Counted from the first letter of the stretch, positions 18,336-28,182 are shown. The stretch is 64,000 nt of DNA from Thermoleophilia bacterium (GCA_014859345.1 JACUUL010000005.1:1072-65071), one strand, 5' to 3'. Numbers and translations: made by a program. Notes: generated from the sequence alone by a model not told the origin.

Positions 18336-19826
18336 TTACTGCGTGACGTAATGGATGATCATCTGGTCGGTGAGCCACTCCACCGGCGCCTTGTCGTCTG
18401 TGAGGATACGGCCGCCTGGCTTGACCTCCGTGACCCTGGGGATTATTTCCAGGGCCAGTTCCTGAACCTCGGGCGGCATCAGTGCCATCCTTTCTTTCAT
18501 GTCTATGGTCCGCGAGGGCTCCCTCGTGCCGATCAGCAGCAGGTTGAACGATCCGGCTCTTATGGAATAGACAGAGGGGAACACCTCCCGCATGGTGGCC
18601 CCGATGGCGTCGGCCAGCCTCTCGTCGCCGGGCGCGTGGGCGACGTTGATCATTACGGAGCCGCCCGCGTTTAAACTGTCGCGTGTTTCCTGGAAAAACT
18701 CCCTGGTGGTCAGGTAAAAGGGGATGTACGGCTGCCGGTAGGCATCCACAGCGATGAAATCATAGCTCCTGGCGCTGGTTTTCAGGAAGGGACGGCCGTC
18801 GGCCACGAAGACTTCCAGGTTGGGGAAATCCATGTCGAAGAACCGCTTTCCGGCCTCCACCACATCAGGGTCGAGCTCCACGCCGTCCACCAAGGTGTCC
18901 GGGTAGAAACGGGAGTACTGGCGCGCCATGGTGCCGGCGGCGCTGCCGATGTTGAGCACGCGGCCGGGCTCCCGGTCGTTGCCGAACCAGGGACCCACCA
19001 GGAAGTAATCCCAATAGGCCGCCGTAAAGATCTCATCCGGGTTATAGATCGAATGCACCGCCCAGCCCTCGTTGAGTTTTAGATAAGTGGTGTTTCCCCG
19101 CTTGACGACCTGTACGTATTGATAAGGTGAATCAATCTCGAACAGGGTGTCCGGGTCAGGCTTGATGGCTCCCTGGGGGATCATCAGCCCCGCCAGGATG
19201 ACCATGGGCGCGCCGGCATAAAAGCCGCGACCCAGGCCCACCGCCGATACCGCCGCCAGCAAGCCGGCAAAGAGCAGCATGGTGTTCCTGGTGCCTATCA
19301 GGGGAATCAGCAGCAGCACAGGCAGGAAGGTTCCGATGATGCTGCCTACTGTGGAAAGTGCGTACATGCCTCCGGCGACATTACCGGCGGTCTCGATGCC
19401 GGTCATCCGCAGGCGGATAGCGAACGGGGTCACCATGCCCAGGATGGTAATCGGCAGGGCGAACAGAAGCACGGTAATCGTGAACGACCCTAAAAAGGCG
19501 CCGGCTGAAACCTGCTCCAGGCCCCTGACGGCGACGCGCATTATGGGGCGCGCCACGAAGGGAAGAAGAGCGATGGTGACTGCGGCTGTCATTGTGAGTG
19601 AAAAGAGCAGCCGCGGCTCCGGGCGGCGGTCGGCCAGCTTGCCGCCCAGGTAATAGCCGAGCGTCAGATAGATAAGGATGAGCCCTATGAGATTGGCCCA
19701 GATAAACAGCGAGTTGCCGAAGAACGGGGCCAGCAGGCGGGAGCCCGCCATCTCTGTGGCCATGGTGGTCATGCCTCCGGCAAAAACCAGCGGGTATAGT
19801 ATCTTCCCCGGGGGGGTTCCGGTCAT
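18336..19826 (-). CDS. fused MFS-like membrane domain / spermidine synthase-like SAM-binding protein
   Basis: N-terminal TM helices (SRLLAPFFGNS), GSAAG, VELDP, DGR, DAY, LTDDKAPVE. Confidence 0.9.
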   Translation of the reverse strand: MTGTPPGKILYPLVFAGGMTTMATEMAGSRLLAPFFGNSLFIWANLIGLILIYLTLGYYLGGKLADRRPEPRLLFSLTMTAAVTIALLPFVARPIMRVAVRGLEQVSAGAFLGSFTITVLLFALPITILGMVTPFAIRLRMTGIETAGNVAGGMYALSTVGSIIGTFLPVLLLIPLIGTRNTMLLFAGLLAAVSAVGLGRGFYAGAPMVILAGLMIPQGAIKPDPDTLFEIDSPYQYVQVVKRGNTTYLKLNEGWAVHSIYNPDEIFTAAYWDYFLVGPWFGNDREPGRVLNIGSAAGTMARQYSRFYPDTLVDGVELDPDVVEAGKRFFDMDFPNLEVFVADGRPFLKTSARSYDFIAVDAYRQPYIPFYLTTREFFQETRDSLNAGGSVMINVAHAPGDERLADAIGATMREVFPSVYSIRAGSFNLLLIGTREPSRTIDMKERMALMPPEVQELALEIIPRVTEVKPGGRILTDDKAPVEWLTDQMIIHYVTQ

Positions 19827-20332
19827 CTCTCCAGCCCTTTGCGGTGTCTCTCGGGCTCGGCCGCCCCGTCCCCGCTGTTGTAAGGCCTCTCCGGTTCGCC
19901 GGCCTGGCCGCCGTATCGGGCGCCCCGTCCGCCGCCTGGCCAGAAAACGATAGTGCCCATGGTGCGCCGCTCGACGGCCTGACGTAACCTCTTCTCAAGC
20001 CAGGCTCTGAATGGCCTGCGGGTCAGCGGCAGGATCACCGCCAGGCCCGCGGCATCAGTAAGGAAGCCCGGGGTCAGCAGGAGCAACGCTCCCGCCAGGA
20101 CCAGGAAGCCGTCCAAAAGCGCGTTCCCGGGCATCCGGCCCTGCCTTATTTCCTCCTGGATGCGCAGCGCAGCCTGGTATCCCTGCTGTTTTGCCAGGGC
20201 GGCTCCGGCCACGCTGACAAGCACAAGCGCGGCGAAAGTCGGCAGGTAGCCGGCCGCGGATCCGATCTGGATGATGAGCCAAAGCTCGAGCAGGGGGACT
20301 ATGATGAATAAAGCCAGGATAAAGAGGAACAT
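19823..20332 (-). CDS. fxsA: FxsA family membrane protein
   Basis: PLLELWLII, LLLTPGFLTD. Confidence 0.9.
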   Translation of the reverse strand: MFLFILALFIIVPLLELWLIIQIGSAAGYLPTFAALVLVSVAGAALAKQQGYQAALRIQEEIRQGRMPGNALLDGFLVLAGALLLLTPGFLTDAAGLAVILPLTRRPFRAWLEKRLRQAVERRTMGTIVFWPGGGRGARYGGQAGEPERPYNSGDGAAEPERHRKGLER

Positions 20333-20381
20333 ATACTTATTATTTTGTATGGAGAAGAGGCTGATTACAAGTTAGCGAAGG

Positions 20382-20861
20382 TTAACGTGCTTCAGTTCCG
20401 GGACACGTCAATTCCTTTTCAATCAGTCCGCGCACCCGGATAGCCGCCGCCGCGACTTCGGCCGAGAGCCCGCCGTCCCGGGGCATGACATTTCCTACCT
20501 GCACGGCGAATACGAGGACCTCTGGATCGATTCCTTTCAGGCGGGCGCTGGTGATCAGGTAAGGCAGGCCCATGCCATGGATATTGTTGGAACGCAGATT
20601 CATGATGCCAGCCTCGTCGGGATGGAATTTGAAGATGGCGCCCGGACTGGCTCCGCAGTCGATGGCGTCCACCGCGATAACCAGGTCATAATCCAGGAAA
20701 TATCTGATCAGCGCCATGCCGGCCGTGGCCCCGGTGACAAGCTCGACTCCGGGAGGCACCGATCCGGGATCGAACCCCTCAACCACCGCCACGCCCACTC
20801 CGTCATCGGCCATAAGGGTGTTGCCGATGCCCAGGACGGCTATCTTGTTTGGAGGACGTAT
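20382..20861 (-). CDS. hydrogenase maturation protease (HyaD/HybD family), probable non-canonical ATA start
   Basis: IAVLGIGNTLMADDGVG, VDAID, H in NNIHGMG; last gene of the hydrogenase operon; conserved N-terminal strand lies upstream of ATG 20813. Confidence 0.88.
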   Translation of the reverse strand: MRPPNKIAVLGIGNTLMADDGVGVAVVEGFDPGSVPPGVELVTGATAGMALIRYFLDYDLVIAVDAIDCGASPGAIFKFHPDEAGIMNLRSNNIHGMGLPYLITSARLKGIDPEVLVFAVQVGNVMPRDGGLSAEVAAAAIRVRGLIEKELTCPGTEAR

Positions 20862-20875
20862 CTTCTCTCAGCCTC

Positions 20876-21538
20876 TCAGCCCTGGCTGGAAGCCCGGGAC
20901 TCCGGAGCTTTCGGCTCGCGCCAGGCGAACATCATACGCCACTCTCTCAGCACCTCCGCCATTGTCAGGTAGATATGTACGCCCACTGTGATGATGAAGG
21001 CCCACATGATCAGATAGTGATACGTGCGCATGGCGGCCAGGCCGCCCAGGACGTTCGTCATCGGCGCGAACAACCCCCTTGTCGGAGCCCATAGAGCCAG
21101 GCCCGTGAGAAATGACAGGGGGATGAGGATAAAGGCCCAGAGCAGGTAAGTGTACTTCTGCAGCGGATTGAATTTGTAGACGCTGGGATATGTGTCCCGC
21201 AGGAACAGGTAATACTTGATCGTTTCCCTGGGCTTTGATTCCCCGGTCCTCCTGAGCGGGCTGAACCACTTGTAATCGGGCCCCTTGACCCTCCCGCCCG
21301 GAGGCGCGGAGCCGGCGCCAAAGAAAGCCCAGTAGAGGCGAGTCACCGTGGTGAGGACGAAGGTCCACATGGCGATCTGGTGGATCGTGATCATGTAGCC
21401 CATGGCGCCTCCGAAAAACGGGCTGTTGATGTAGAAACCCGTGAAGACCAGCAGGATCAGAGACGTCAGGTGTACGCCGTGCATGATTATCGCGGGCAGC
21501 GGATGCTCTTCTCTTGTCGGCGGTATCCGTCCGGCCAT
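20876..21538 (-). CDS. Ni/Fe-hydrogenase b-type cytochrome subunit
   Basis: Four TM segments with His ligands, KFNPLQK, HYLIMW...VHIY; AGGAGG SD before ATG 21538. Confidence 0.92.
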   Translation of the reverse strand: MAGRIPPTREEHPLPAIIMHGVHLTSLILLVFTGFYINSPFFGGAMGYMITIHQIAMWTFVLTTVTRLYWAFFGAGSAPPGGRVKGPDYKWFSPLRRTGESKPRETIKYYLFLRDTYPSVYKFNPLQKYTYLLWAFILIPLSFLTGLALWAPTRGLFAPMTNVLGGLAAMRTYHYLIMWAFIITVGVHIYLTMAEVLREWRMMFAWREPKAPESRASSQG

Positions 21539-21548
21539 GTCAGACCTC

Positions 21549-23180
21549 CTAGCGCACCTGGAACTTGAGGACCTGGTTGTTTTTCGGTTCAATCACGTGA
21601 ACCGCGCAGGCCATTCATGGGTCGAATGTGTGTACCGTTCTCAGTATTTCCAGCGGTCTGGCCGGATCGGCGACCGGAGTGCCTACCAGCGCCTCTTCCA
21701 CCGGGCCGCGCACCCCGTCGTCGTCCCGGGGCGAGAGGTTCCAGTTGGAAGGAGGCACCGCCGCATATGAGTCGATCTTCCCCCCGCTGATGCGCGCGTA
21801 GTGGGCCAGGGCTCCCCGGGAAGCGTCCCAGCCGCTGTGGCCGTCACCCTCGCGGCCGTAGTCCGGCTCCCTGTAGACCTCCTTGTTGCCGGCGCCGATA
21901 TTTTCCAGCAGCTCGTCGGCCCACCTGACGGCGTTGTCCGAGTTGACCTTGGCCTTTATGACACGGGCCGCCACCCGGCCCAGATCTGACAGGAGTATCT
22001 CCGGCTGGCCGGCCGCTCCGACAGCCGCCAGGGTGTCGTCGACCAGCTGTACCACTTCCGGCCGGCCGGTCAGATAAGCCACCAGAACCTGGGCGAGGGG
22101 GCCGACCTCCATGGGCCGGTTCTGGTCGCCGTAGCGGACCGCCTGGGTCCAGTCGTACTTGCCCTCGGGCAGCTCTTCGCCTTCCATCGGCGGCAGCTCC
22201 GTGAACTGGATCGGCTCCTGGCCCGAGTCCAACGGGTGTTTGCCGTCGCCCACGCTGTCATCGAACCAGGAAGACTTGGTGTACATCCTGGTCTCGTCCG
22301 GATGAACCTCCTGAAGCTCAAGCTGGCCATCGAAAATGGCGCCCCGGGGGAAGAGACGGTCGTAAGGATCCTGGCTCGCCTCGTCCAGGACACCCCAGGA
22401 AAGGAAATTGCCGACTCCCTGGCCGGTACCGGCCAGGTCCTCGCCGTAGATGGGCGCGATCGCCAGCAGGTCAGGAACCATGACCGTGTCTATGAAGTTC
22501 TTGACCTCTTCCATGCGCGACTTGTAGAAGGCGATCTCGTCCAGCGCAGGAAGCTGAGTGACCCCGCCGGGTATGTAGTGGTGGATCATTGGGAAGCGGC
22601 CGCCCAGTATCGCGTTGCACTCATTGGCCTTCGACTGAATGTCGATGGACTGCAGGTAATGCGCGGTGAGCTCGAGATCGAGCTCCGGCGGCAGCTTGTA
22701 TGCGGGATGATCCCAGTACATGTTCGCGAACGGTCCCAGCTGTCCGGAATCCACAACCGCCCTTACCTGGTCCTGCACCGCCTGCAACGAAGGAGTTTCC
22801 GGACTGGCATTAAGGGCGTTGGGAACGTTGACATAATCGAAAGCGTTGAGCACATAGAACCAGAGTATGTGGTCGTAGCCGATCTGCGCCGCCTCGGTCA
22901 TGTTGCGGATGAGTCGGGCGTTGTCGTCCACCGTCTCCATACCCAGGGCGGTCTCCACCGCCCGTACTGAGTTAAAAGCATGCGGGTTGGGACAGACGCC
23001 GCAGATGCGCTGGGCGAACTGCCAGATGCTTTTGGGGTCGCGCCCTTTCATGAAAATCTCGAAGCCGCGGAAGAGGGTGGCGGTGTTCCAGGCGTCTGTG
23101 ATAACGCCGTCCTCCACCTGGCAGGTAATGCGAAGATGGCCTTCGATGCGGGTTATTGGGTCGATGACTACTTTCGGCAT
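21549..23180 (-). CDS. [NiFeSe]-hydrogenase large subunit (Sec UGA at 21617-21615)
   Basis: DPITRIEGH, L1 QRICGVCPNPH; reading through UGA gives L2 HTFDP-U-MACAVH plus a 15-aa tail ending at TAG 21549. Confidence 0.94.
21585..21604 (-). promoter_or_regulatory. bacterial SECIS-like hairpin of the hydrogenase large subunit
   Basis: CGGUUCA-CGUGAU-UGAACCG perfect 7-bp stem; loop starts 18 nt after the UGA. Confidence 0.78.
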
Positions 23181-23224
23181 CTATAACCTCCTATTTCCAG
23201 AGGACAAAACCGTTCCTGCCACGT

Positions 23225-24409
23225 TCATTCTTCTGTCTCTTCCTTGCCCGCCACCGGGCCTCCCCTGCCGAACCGTCCCTTGGCGACCTGTCCCACTGCA
23301 TGGGCGCCAATGCCGATGGCCGTGGCCGCGCCCAGGGTCACGCCGATCTGGGTGGGCGTGATGTCGCCCGGCAGCCGGATTCCCGATTCCTTGTCGTAAA
23401 ACGGAGTCAGCTTGTCCCAGAAATCCGGCTCGGAACAACCGATGCAGGGACCGGCCTCAACCGGCCAGCTTATCTCACCGTTCCACTTGGTCTTGGGGCA
23501 GGGGGCATGGGTGACCGGACCCTTGCAGCCCACTTTGTACAGGCACCACCGTTTTTCCGATGCCTCGTCACCGAAGCGCTCCACAAATCTGCCGTTGTCA
23601 AAATGGCCGCGGCGCTCGCAGTTGTCGTGCACGGTCTCGTCGAAAAGGAACAACGGGCGGCCAAAAGAATCCAGCTCGGGCAGCTCGTTGTGCACCAGCA
23701 CATAGGCCAGAATGGCGATAGTGTCCTCGGCGTTGCCGGGGCAGCGCGGCGAGTTGATCACGGTGACGTCGGACAGCCCGGCGTCCTGGCGCAAATAGTC
23801 GGCCACTCCCTTGGCGCCGGTGGGATTTGGCGCAGCCGCCTGGATGTTGCCGTAGCAGGCGCAGGAGCCGATGGCAATAGTCGCGTTGGCTCTCTGGTAA
23901 GCCTCCAGCACTATATCGGCGGCGGTCCGGCCGTGGATGGTGATAGCCTCGGGTATCTCGGTGGCGACGGCCCCTTCGACGATATAAAAGAAATCATCGG
24001 TGGCAAGCGTGTCCTGAAAGCTTTGCTCAGCCTCGTCTCCGGCGGGCGCCATAACCGCCTCGTGATAATCGAGGGAGATCTGCTGCAGGATAAGCTGGGC
24101 CGGAGTCGGCTTGCGACTCTGAAGCAGGTTGACCGAACAGCCCAGGCATTCCTGGAAGAGGGACCAGATTACCCGCGGTCTCATGGCTACCTCCTCAAAG
24201 GCCTGGGCGACTCGCGGAGCCGCCAGCGGTCCGCTCAGGCCTATGAGGGCCGCCAGGGTGCCGCAGCTTTTGAGAAAATCCCGTCGCGACAATCCTGGAA
24301 AAATGGACAGTTCCCGGTGATCTTCCATATCCTGCCTCCCTGCCTCGTTTTTTTGCGGCATGCCAGCAAGTTTCTTAATCCATTCTGTGCCGGTGGGGTC
24401 ATTGGCCAT
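23225..24409 (-). CDS. Ni/Fe-hydrogenase small subunit, Tat-exported, C-terminal membrane anchor
   Basis: SRRDFLK Tat motif, ECLGC, GSCACYG, RCPG, HDNCERR, CLYKVGCKG, CIGC, C-terminal hydrophobic helix. Confidence 0.94.
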   Translation of the reverse strand: MANDPTGTEWIKKLAGMPQKNEAGRQDMEDHRELSIFPGLSRRDFLKSCGTLAALIGLSGPLAAPRVAQAFEEVAMRPRVIWSLFQECLGCSVNLLQSRKPTPAQLILQQISLDYHEAVMAPAGDEAEQSFQDTLATDDFFYIVEGAVATEIPEAITIHGRTAADIVLEAYQRANATIAIGSCACYGNIQAAAPNPTGAKGVADYLRQDAGLSDVTVINSPRCPGNAEDTIAILAYVLVHNELPELDSFGRPLFLFDETVHDNCERRGHFDNGRFVERFGDEASEKRWCLYKVGCKGPVTHAPCPKTKWNGEISWPVEAGPCIGCSEPDFWDKLTPFYDKESGIRLPGDITPTQIGVTLGAATAIGIGAHAVGQVAKGRFGRGGPVAGKEETEE

Positions 24410-24598
24410 GTTTTACCCCGCCGGCTTACTTTTTTCCGCCAAGCCCTGTCTTTAATCTTTTCGCAATCATATCACGTTCTTCTTTTCTGGCTCTTCATTC
24501 CTGTTTCCTGTTTTTCCATCCGGTTCCGGTGATAACTTTGCCGGCGGGACAGGCGAGGCTCAGCGGCGGTAGAATAAACGGACATTGCGGAGGTGGAA

Positions 24599-26326
24599 AT
24601 GGACGCGGCCAGGTTGAAAGAATTGCTTGGGCGGATAGACGGCCGGGGCTACAAGGCTTACCGGGAGATTTCCGGCTCATATGCTCTTCCGGGGTTTACT
24701 CTTTTCATAGATTACGTGCAGGGCGATCCGTTCGCGGCCCCGTCGAGGCTGCGGGCCGCCGTGGAGCAGCCGTTGGCTGGTTTCGACCGTTCTCTTTACA
24801 GCAGCCCGACGCGGCGGATGGCTCTGGAAGACTACCTTGCGCGCGCCTTCGACCGGGCGATCCGCAGCCATGTGAGGGGCGGCCGCGGCACCGGGAAATC
24901 CGGTCTGATAGCTGTGGACGCCGGCGGCCAGGAGATCCTTGAGCGCACAGCCGCCGTGGTGAATGACCGATTCGTGGAAGCGCGCTTCATGGCCGGGCTG
25001 CCGGCCTCCGGCCGGCGCTGCCTCGGAAGGGAAGCGGCCGCCATGCTGCTTGAGGAGGTTCCGAGGGTCGTGAGGCAGGCCCTGTTCTACGAGGCTCTGG
25101 ATGCCAGGGAGCTTTCCGCCCATATCGAAGCCGCCGAGGACCAGGAATGGCTGCGGGAGCGCCTTCAGGAAATGAGGCTGGTGGCTTTCGTGGCGGACGG
25201 TTCCGTGTTGCCCCGGGCCAGCGGCGTCAGCGACCTGCCCTTGAAAGGCGGCCAGGTAGTGAGATTCGTCTCTCCTCCCGAGCTGAAGTTGGAGGTTTCA
25301 CTTCCAAATCGCGGGCGGATAACCGGCATGGGCATCCCTGAAGGGGTGACCCTGGTGGCGGGAGGCGGATATCACGGCAAGTCAACGCTGCTGGAAGCGC
25401 TTATGCGGGGGGTCTGCTGCCACATCCCCGGCGACGGCCGCGAACTGGTCGTGGCCCGGGCCGATGCCGTCAAGATCCGGGCCGAGGATGGCCGGCGGGT
25501 GGAAAAGGTCAACATCAGCCCCTTTATCTCCAACCTGCCCTTCGGCGTTGACACGGTGGCTTTTTCCACGGAGAACGCCAGCGGCAGCACCTCTCAGGCG
25601 GCCAACATCGTCGAGGCGCTGGAGGCCGGCGCCCGGGTGCTGCTGATGGATGAGGACACCTCGGCCACGAACTTCATGATCAGGGACGAGCTCATGCAGC
25701 GGCTCATCCCCAAGGAGAAAGAGCCGATCACGCCATATATCGATCAGGTACAAAATCTTCACAGGGAATACTCCGTATCAACGATCCTGGTGATGGGGGG
25801 CTCGGGGGACTATTTCGAAGTCGTCGATAACGTGATTGCCATGGATAACTATCTGCCCCGGATGGTCACGGAGCAGGCCAGGCGCATCGCCGGCGAGCGC
25901 CGGGATGCCCGGTCCCGCGAGGGCGGCGAAAGGTTTGGCCCCCTGGTCCGGCGGGCGCCCCTGGCCGAAAGCATCGACCCTTTGCGAGGCGGCAAGGAGC
26001 GGGTCCTGGCCAGGGAACCAGGTTTCCTGTTATTTGGCCGGCAGACAGTCGACCTGAGCCAGGTCGAGCAGTTGTTGGACATCAGCCAGACCCGGGCCAT
26101 TGGCGACATGATGTCCTATGCCCGGCGGCGGGGATATTTCGACGGCCGCACGGCTCTGCCCCAGGCGATCACGCGAGTCTTCGATGAAATCGCTCGCGAG
26201 GGCTTGGATGTGATATCTTCTTTCCCCGGCGCCGATCATGCCCTGCCCAGGCCTTTCGAGGTGGCCGCCGCGCTGAACCGCCTGCGGAGCCTGAAAGTAA
26301 AACAGATCCGTGAGAAGGAAATGTAA
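24599..26326 (+). CDS. ABC-ATPase domain-containing protein (ABC_ATPase family)
   Basis: VQGDPFAAPSR, GGGYHGKSTLL Walker A, ASGSTSQA, MDEDTSATNFMIRD. Confidence 0.9.
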   Translation: MDAARLKELLGRIDGRGYKAYREISGSYALPGFTLFIDYVQGDPFAAPSRLRAAVEQPLAGFDRSLYSSPTRRMALEDYLARAFDRAIRSHVRGGRGTGKSGLIAVDAGGQEILERTAAVVNDRFVEARFMAGLPASGRRCLGREAAAMLLEEVPRVVRQALFYEALDARELSAHIEAAEDQEWLRERLQEMRLVAFVADGSVLPRASGVSDLPLKGGQVVRFVSPPELKLEVSLPNRGRITGMGIPEGVTLVAGGGYHGKSTLLEALMRGVCCHIPGDGRELVVARADAVKIRAEDGRRVEKVNISPFISNLPFGVDTVAFSTENASGSTSQAANIVEALEAGARVLLMDEDTSATNFMIRDELMQRLIPKEKEPITPYIDQVQNLHREYSVSTILVMGGSGDYFEVVDNVIAMDNYLPRMVTEQARRIAGERRDARSREGGERFGPLVRRAPLAESIDPLRGGKERVLAREPGFLLFGRQTVDLSQVEQLLDISQTRAIGDMMSYARRRGYFDGRTALPQAITRVFDEIAREGLDVISSFPGADHALPRPFEVAAALNRLRSLKVKQIREKEM

Positions 26327-26525
26327 TTCTCGCCCGCGGTTTTGTACCTTTTCTCAGAATAAACACCAGGGAACCGGACACCAGGGTGCAGAAACGACGT
26401 GGATTAAAAAAATTAACCGGAAATGCCAGAACGATTCCGGTAAAATATTGTTTACGTGTAAGACGAACGGATTTGCATGGTCCGCGACGCATCGGGAACG
26501 TGTGAATCCAACAGGAGGGATGGAT

Positions 26526-27218
26526 ATGGAACGGGAAGACACCGGCAACTGGACTCTGGAGCAAAAAGAAGAAAAGAGCATCGATGTGCTGAAAAATGCT
26601 CTGGAGCGCTTTGACGGCCGGATTGCAACGACTTTCACAGGGGGGAAGGACTCCCTGACGGTTCTGCATCTTCTTAAACGCGTTGGTGACGGCAAGGTAA
26701 AAGTGCCGGTACTGAACCTCGACACCACCGTCAAGTTCAGGAAAGTCATCGAGTTTCGTGACCACATGGCTCGTGAATGGGATCTGGACCTGGTCATCGC
26801 CACCAACCATGAAGGGCTTAAAAAAATCAACATCGCCGTGGATCACGAGGAGTGCTGTCTGGTGATGAAGGCCCAGGCAATAGACATGGCGATGGAGAAA
26901 CATGAATGGAAAGCCCTTGTGACAGGTGTTCGTTGGGACGAGCAGCCAGCCCGGATAACAGAGGAATATTTTTCCGAGCGGCCCGGACACACCCGCGTTC
27001 AGCCCATACTGCATTTCAGCGAGCTGGACATCTGGTCCTATATCGACAAGTATCAGCTCCCTTATTGTGAGCTTTATGATCAGGGATACCGCAGTCTCGG
27101 GTGCGAGCCCTGCACGGTAAAGAGCGTCCGCCCCCGCGGTGACGGGCCCGAGCGCGAAGGACGGGCCCAGGAGAAAGAGCAGATCATGGCCCAGTTGAGG
27201 GATCTCGGATACTTCTAG
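26526..27218 (+). CDS. PAPS/APS reductase family protein
   Basis: TGGKDS PP-loop, LDT, CC...K, TGVRWDE, GYRSLGCEPCT; GGAGG SD. Confidence 0.88.
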   Translation: MEREDTGNWTLEQKEEKSIDVLKNALERFDGRIATTFTGGKDSLTVLHLLKRVGDGKVKVPVLNLDTTVKFRKVIEFRDHMAREWDLDLVIATNHEGLKKINIAVDHEECCLVMKAQAIDMAMEKHEWKALVTGVRWDEQPARITEEYFSERPGHTRVQPILHFSELDIWSYIDKYQLPYCELYDQGYRSLGCEPCTVKSVRPRGDGPEREGRAQEKEQIMAQLRDLGYF

Positions 27219-27365
27219 CTCCGGCTCCACTTCCCGTCGGACATGATTTAAAGGAGCGGGTCCGCGGCGTTCGCCTTCGGGGAAACAGACTCCTGTCCCT
27301 GGTTCGGGTCCAGGCCGGGCCCTGAGCAACCAGCGAGCCGGGAAAGACTCAGGCAGGCAAAAAGC

Positions 27366-27578
27366 ATGTCAAAATCCCATCAGAATCTCATAATCGTATG
27401 GTCTGTAGTTTGCGCCTCGGGCCTCGGCATATTCCTGTTTCAGATCTTCACGCCGGCGGTGCCGCCGCAGACGGGATATGATTCCGGGAAGCTGGCGTTG
27501 GCCATTGGCTTTTTTTTCCTTTTGTGGAGCGTTCCAGCCGGCCTGATCTGGGCAGCCGGCCGCCGGCAGAAGGAGTAG
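27366..27578 (+). CDS. small two-TM membrane protein
   Basis: Two hydrophobic segments; 4 nt upstream of the next gene. Confidence 0.6.
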   Translation: MSKSHQNLIIVWSVVCASGLGIFLFQIFTPAVPPQTGYDSGKLALAIGFFFLLWSVPAGLIWAAGRRQKE

Positions 27579-27582
27579 GCGC

Positions 27583-28182
27583 TTGAAGGACTTAATGCAG
27601 AATCATCCCAAAATCACCACTCTGGCGATGATCGGCCTCGCCTCCCTCGTGGTGCTTTTTCTGTACTACCTGTCCATACAGGAGCCATCGCTCCCTTCCT
27701 CCTCCGAGCCGATCATAGCGCACGGCAGGTCCGGACCGGTGGCGACCGGAGAGGGAATTGGCTCTGGCGCCGGCAGTCCGTCATTTTTCCCCCAGGGAAT
27801 CAGGGATTTGGACTTTGAGTCTCTTCTCGATGATGCCGTCTCCGGCGGCTGGATTCTGGAAAACGTGATATACACCGATATCGACGGGAACGGCACGGAG
27901 GAGGCGGTGGTGTTGCTGCGTGGCAAAGGTGACAGCCGTCCCTTGAACTGGTCTCTTTACGGGCTCCGGGGCGACCTCGTCGAGCTTTTTTATGAACGCA
28001 GCAATGTAGCCCACGGAGAATTGACGGCCGCGGGCCCGCAGCTGGTGGAGCGTGAAGGCGTTTTCGCGGAAGGCGATGCCCCCTGCTGTCCCTCATCCAT
28101 GAAGGAAACCCATTACGTATGGAAGGGCGACTGGTTGGTGGTATCCAGGATCGAGACCGGCCCGGTATCGCCAACGCCATAA
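27583..28182 (+). CDS. membrane-anchored extracytoplasmic protein (LppP/LprE-like C-terminus)
   Basis: N-terminal TM, DIDGNG motif, 'GDAPCCPS......YVWKG'. Confidence 0.7.
   Translation: MKDLMQNHPKITTLAMIGLASLVVLFLYYLSIQEPSLPSSSEPIIAHGRSGPVATGEGIGSGAGSPSFFPQGIRDLDFESLLDDAVSGGWILENVIYTDIDGNGTEEAVVLLRGKGDSRPLNWSLYGLRGDLVELFYERSNVAHGELTAAGPQLVEREGVFAEGDAPCCPSSMKETHYVWKGDWLVVSRIETGPVSPTP

Noticed and set aside
20868..20870. Third Sec codon: in-frame TGA just upstream of the maturation protease
   Set aside because: No SECIS-like hairpin follows, no Cys-equivalent position exists, and the upstream frame is a shadow of the cytochrome b gene.
27219..27365. tRNA (including tRNA-Sec) suggested by GGTTCG
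   Set aside because: No cloverleaf or acceptor stem could be built.
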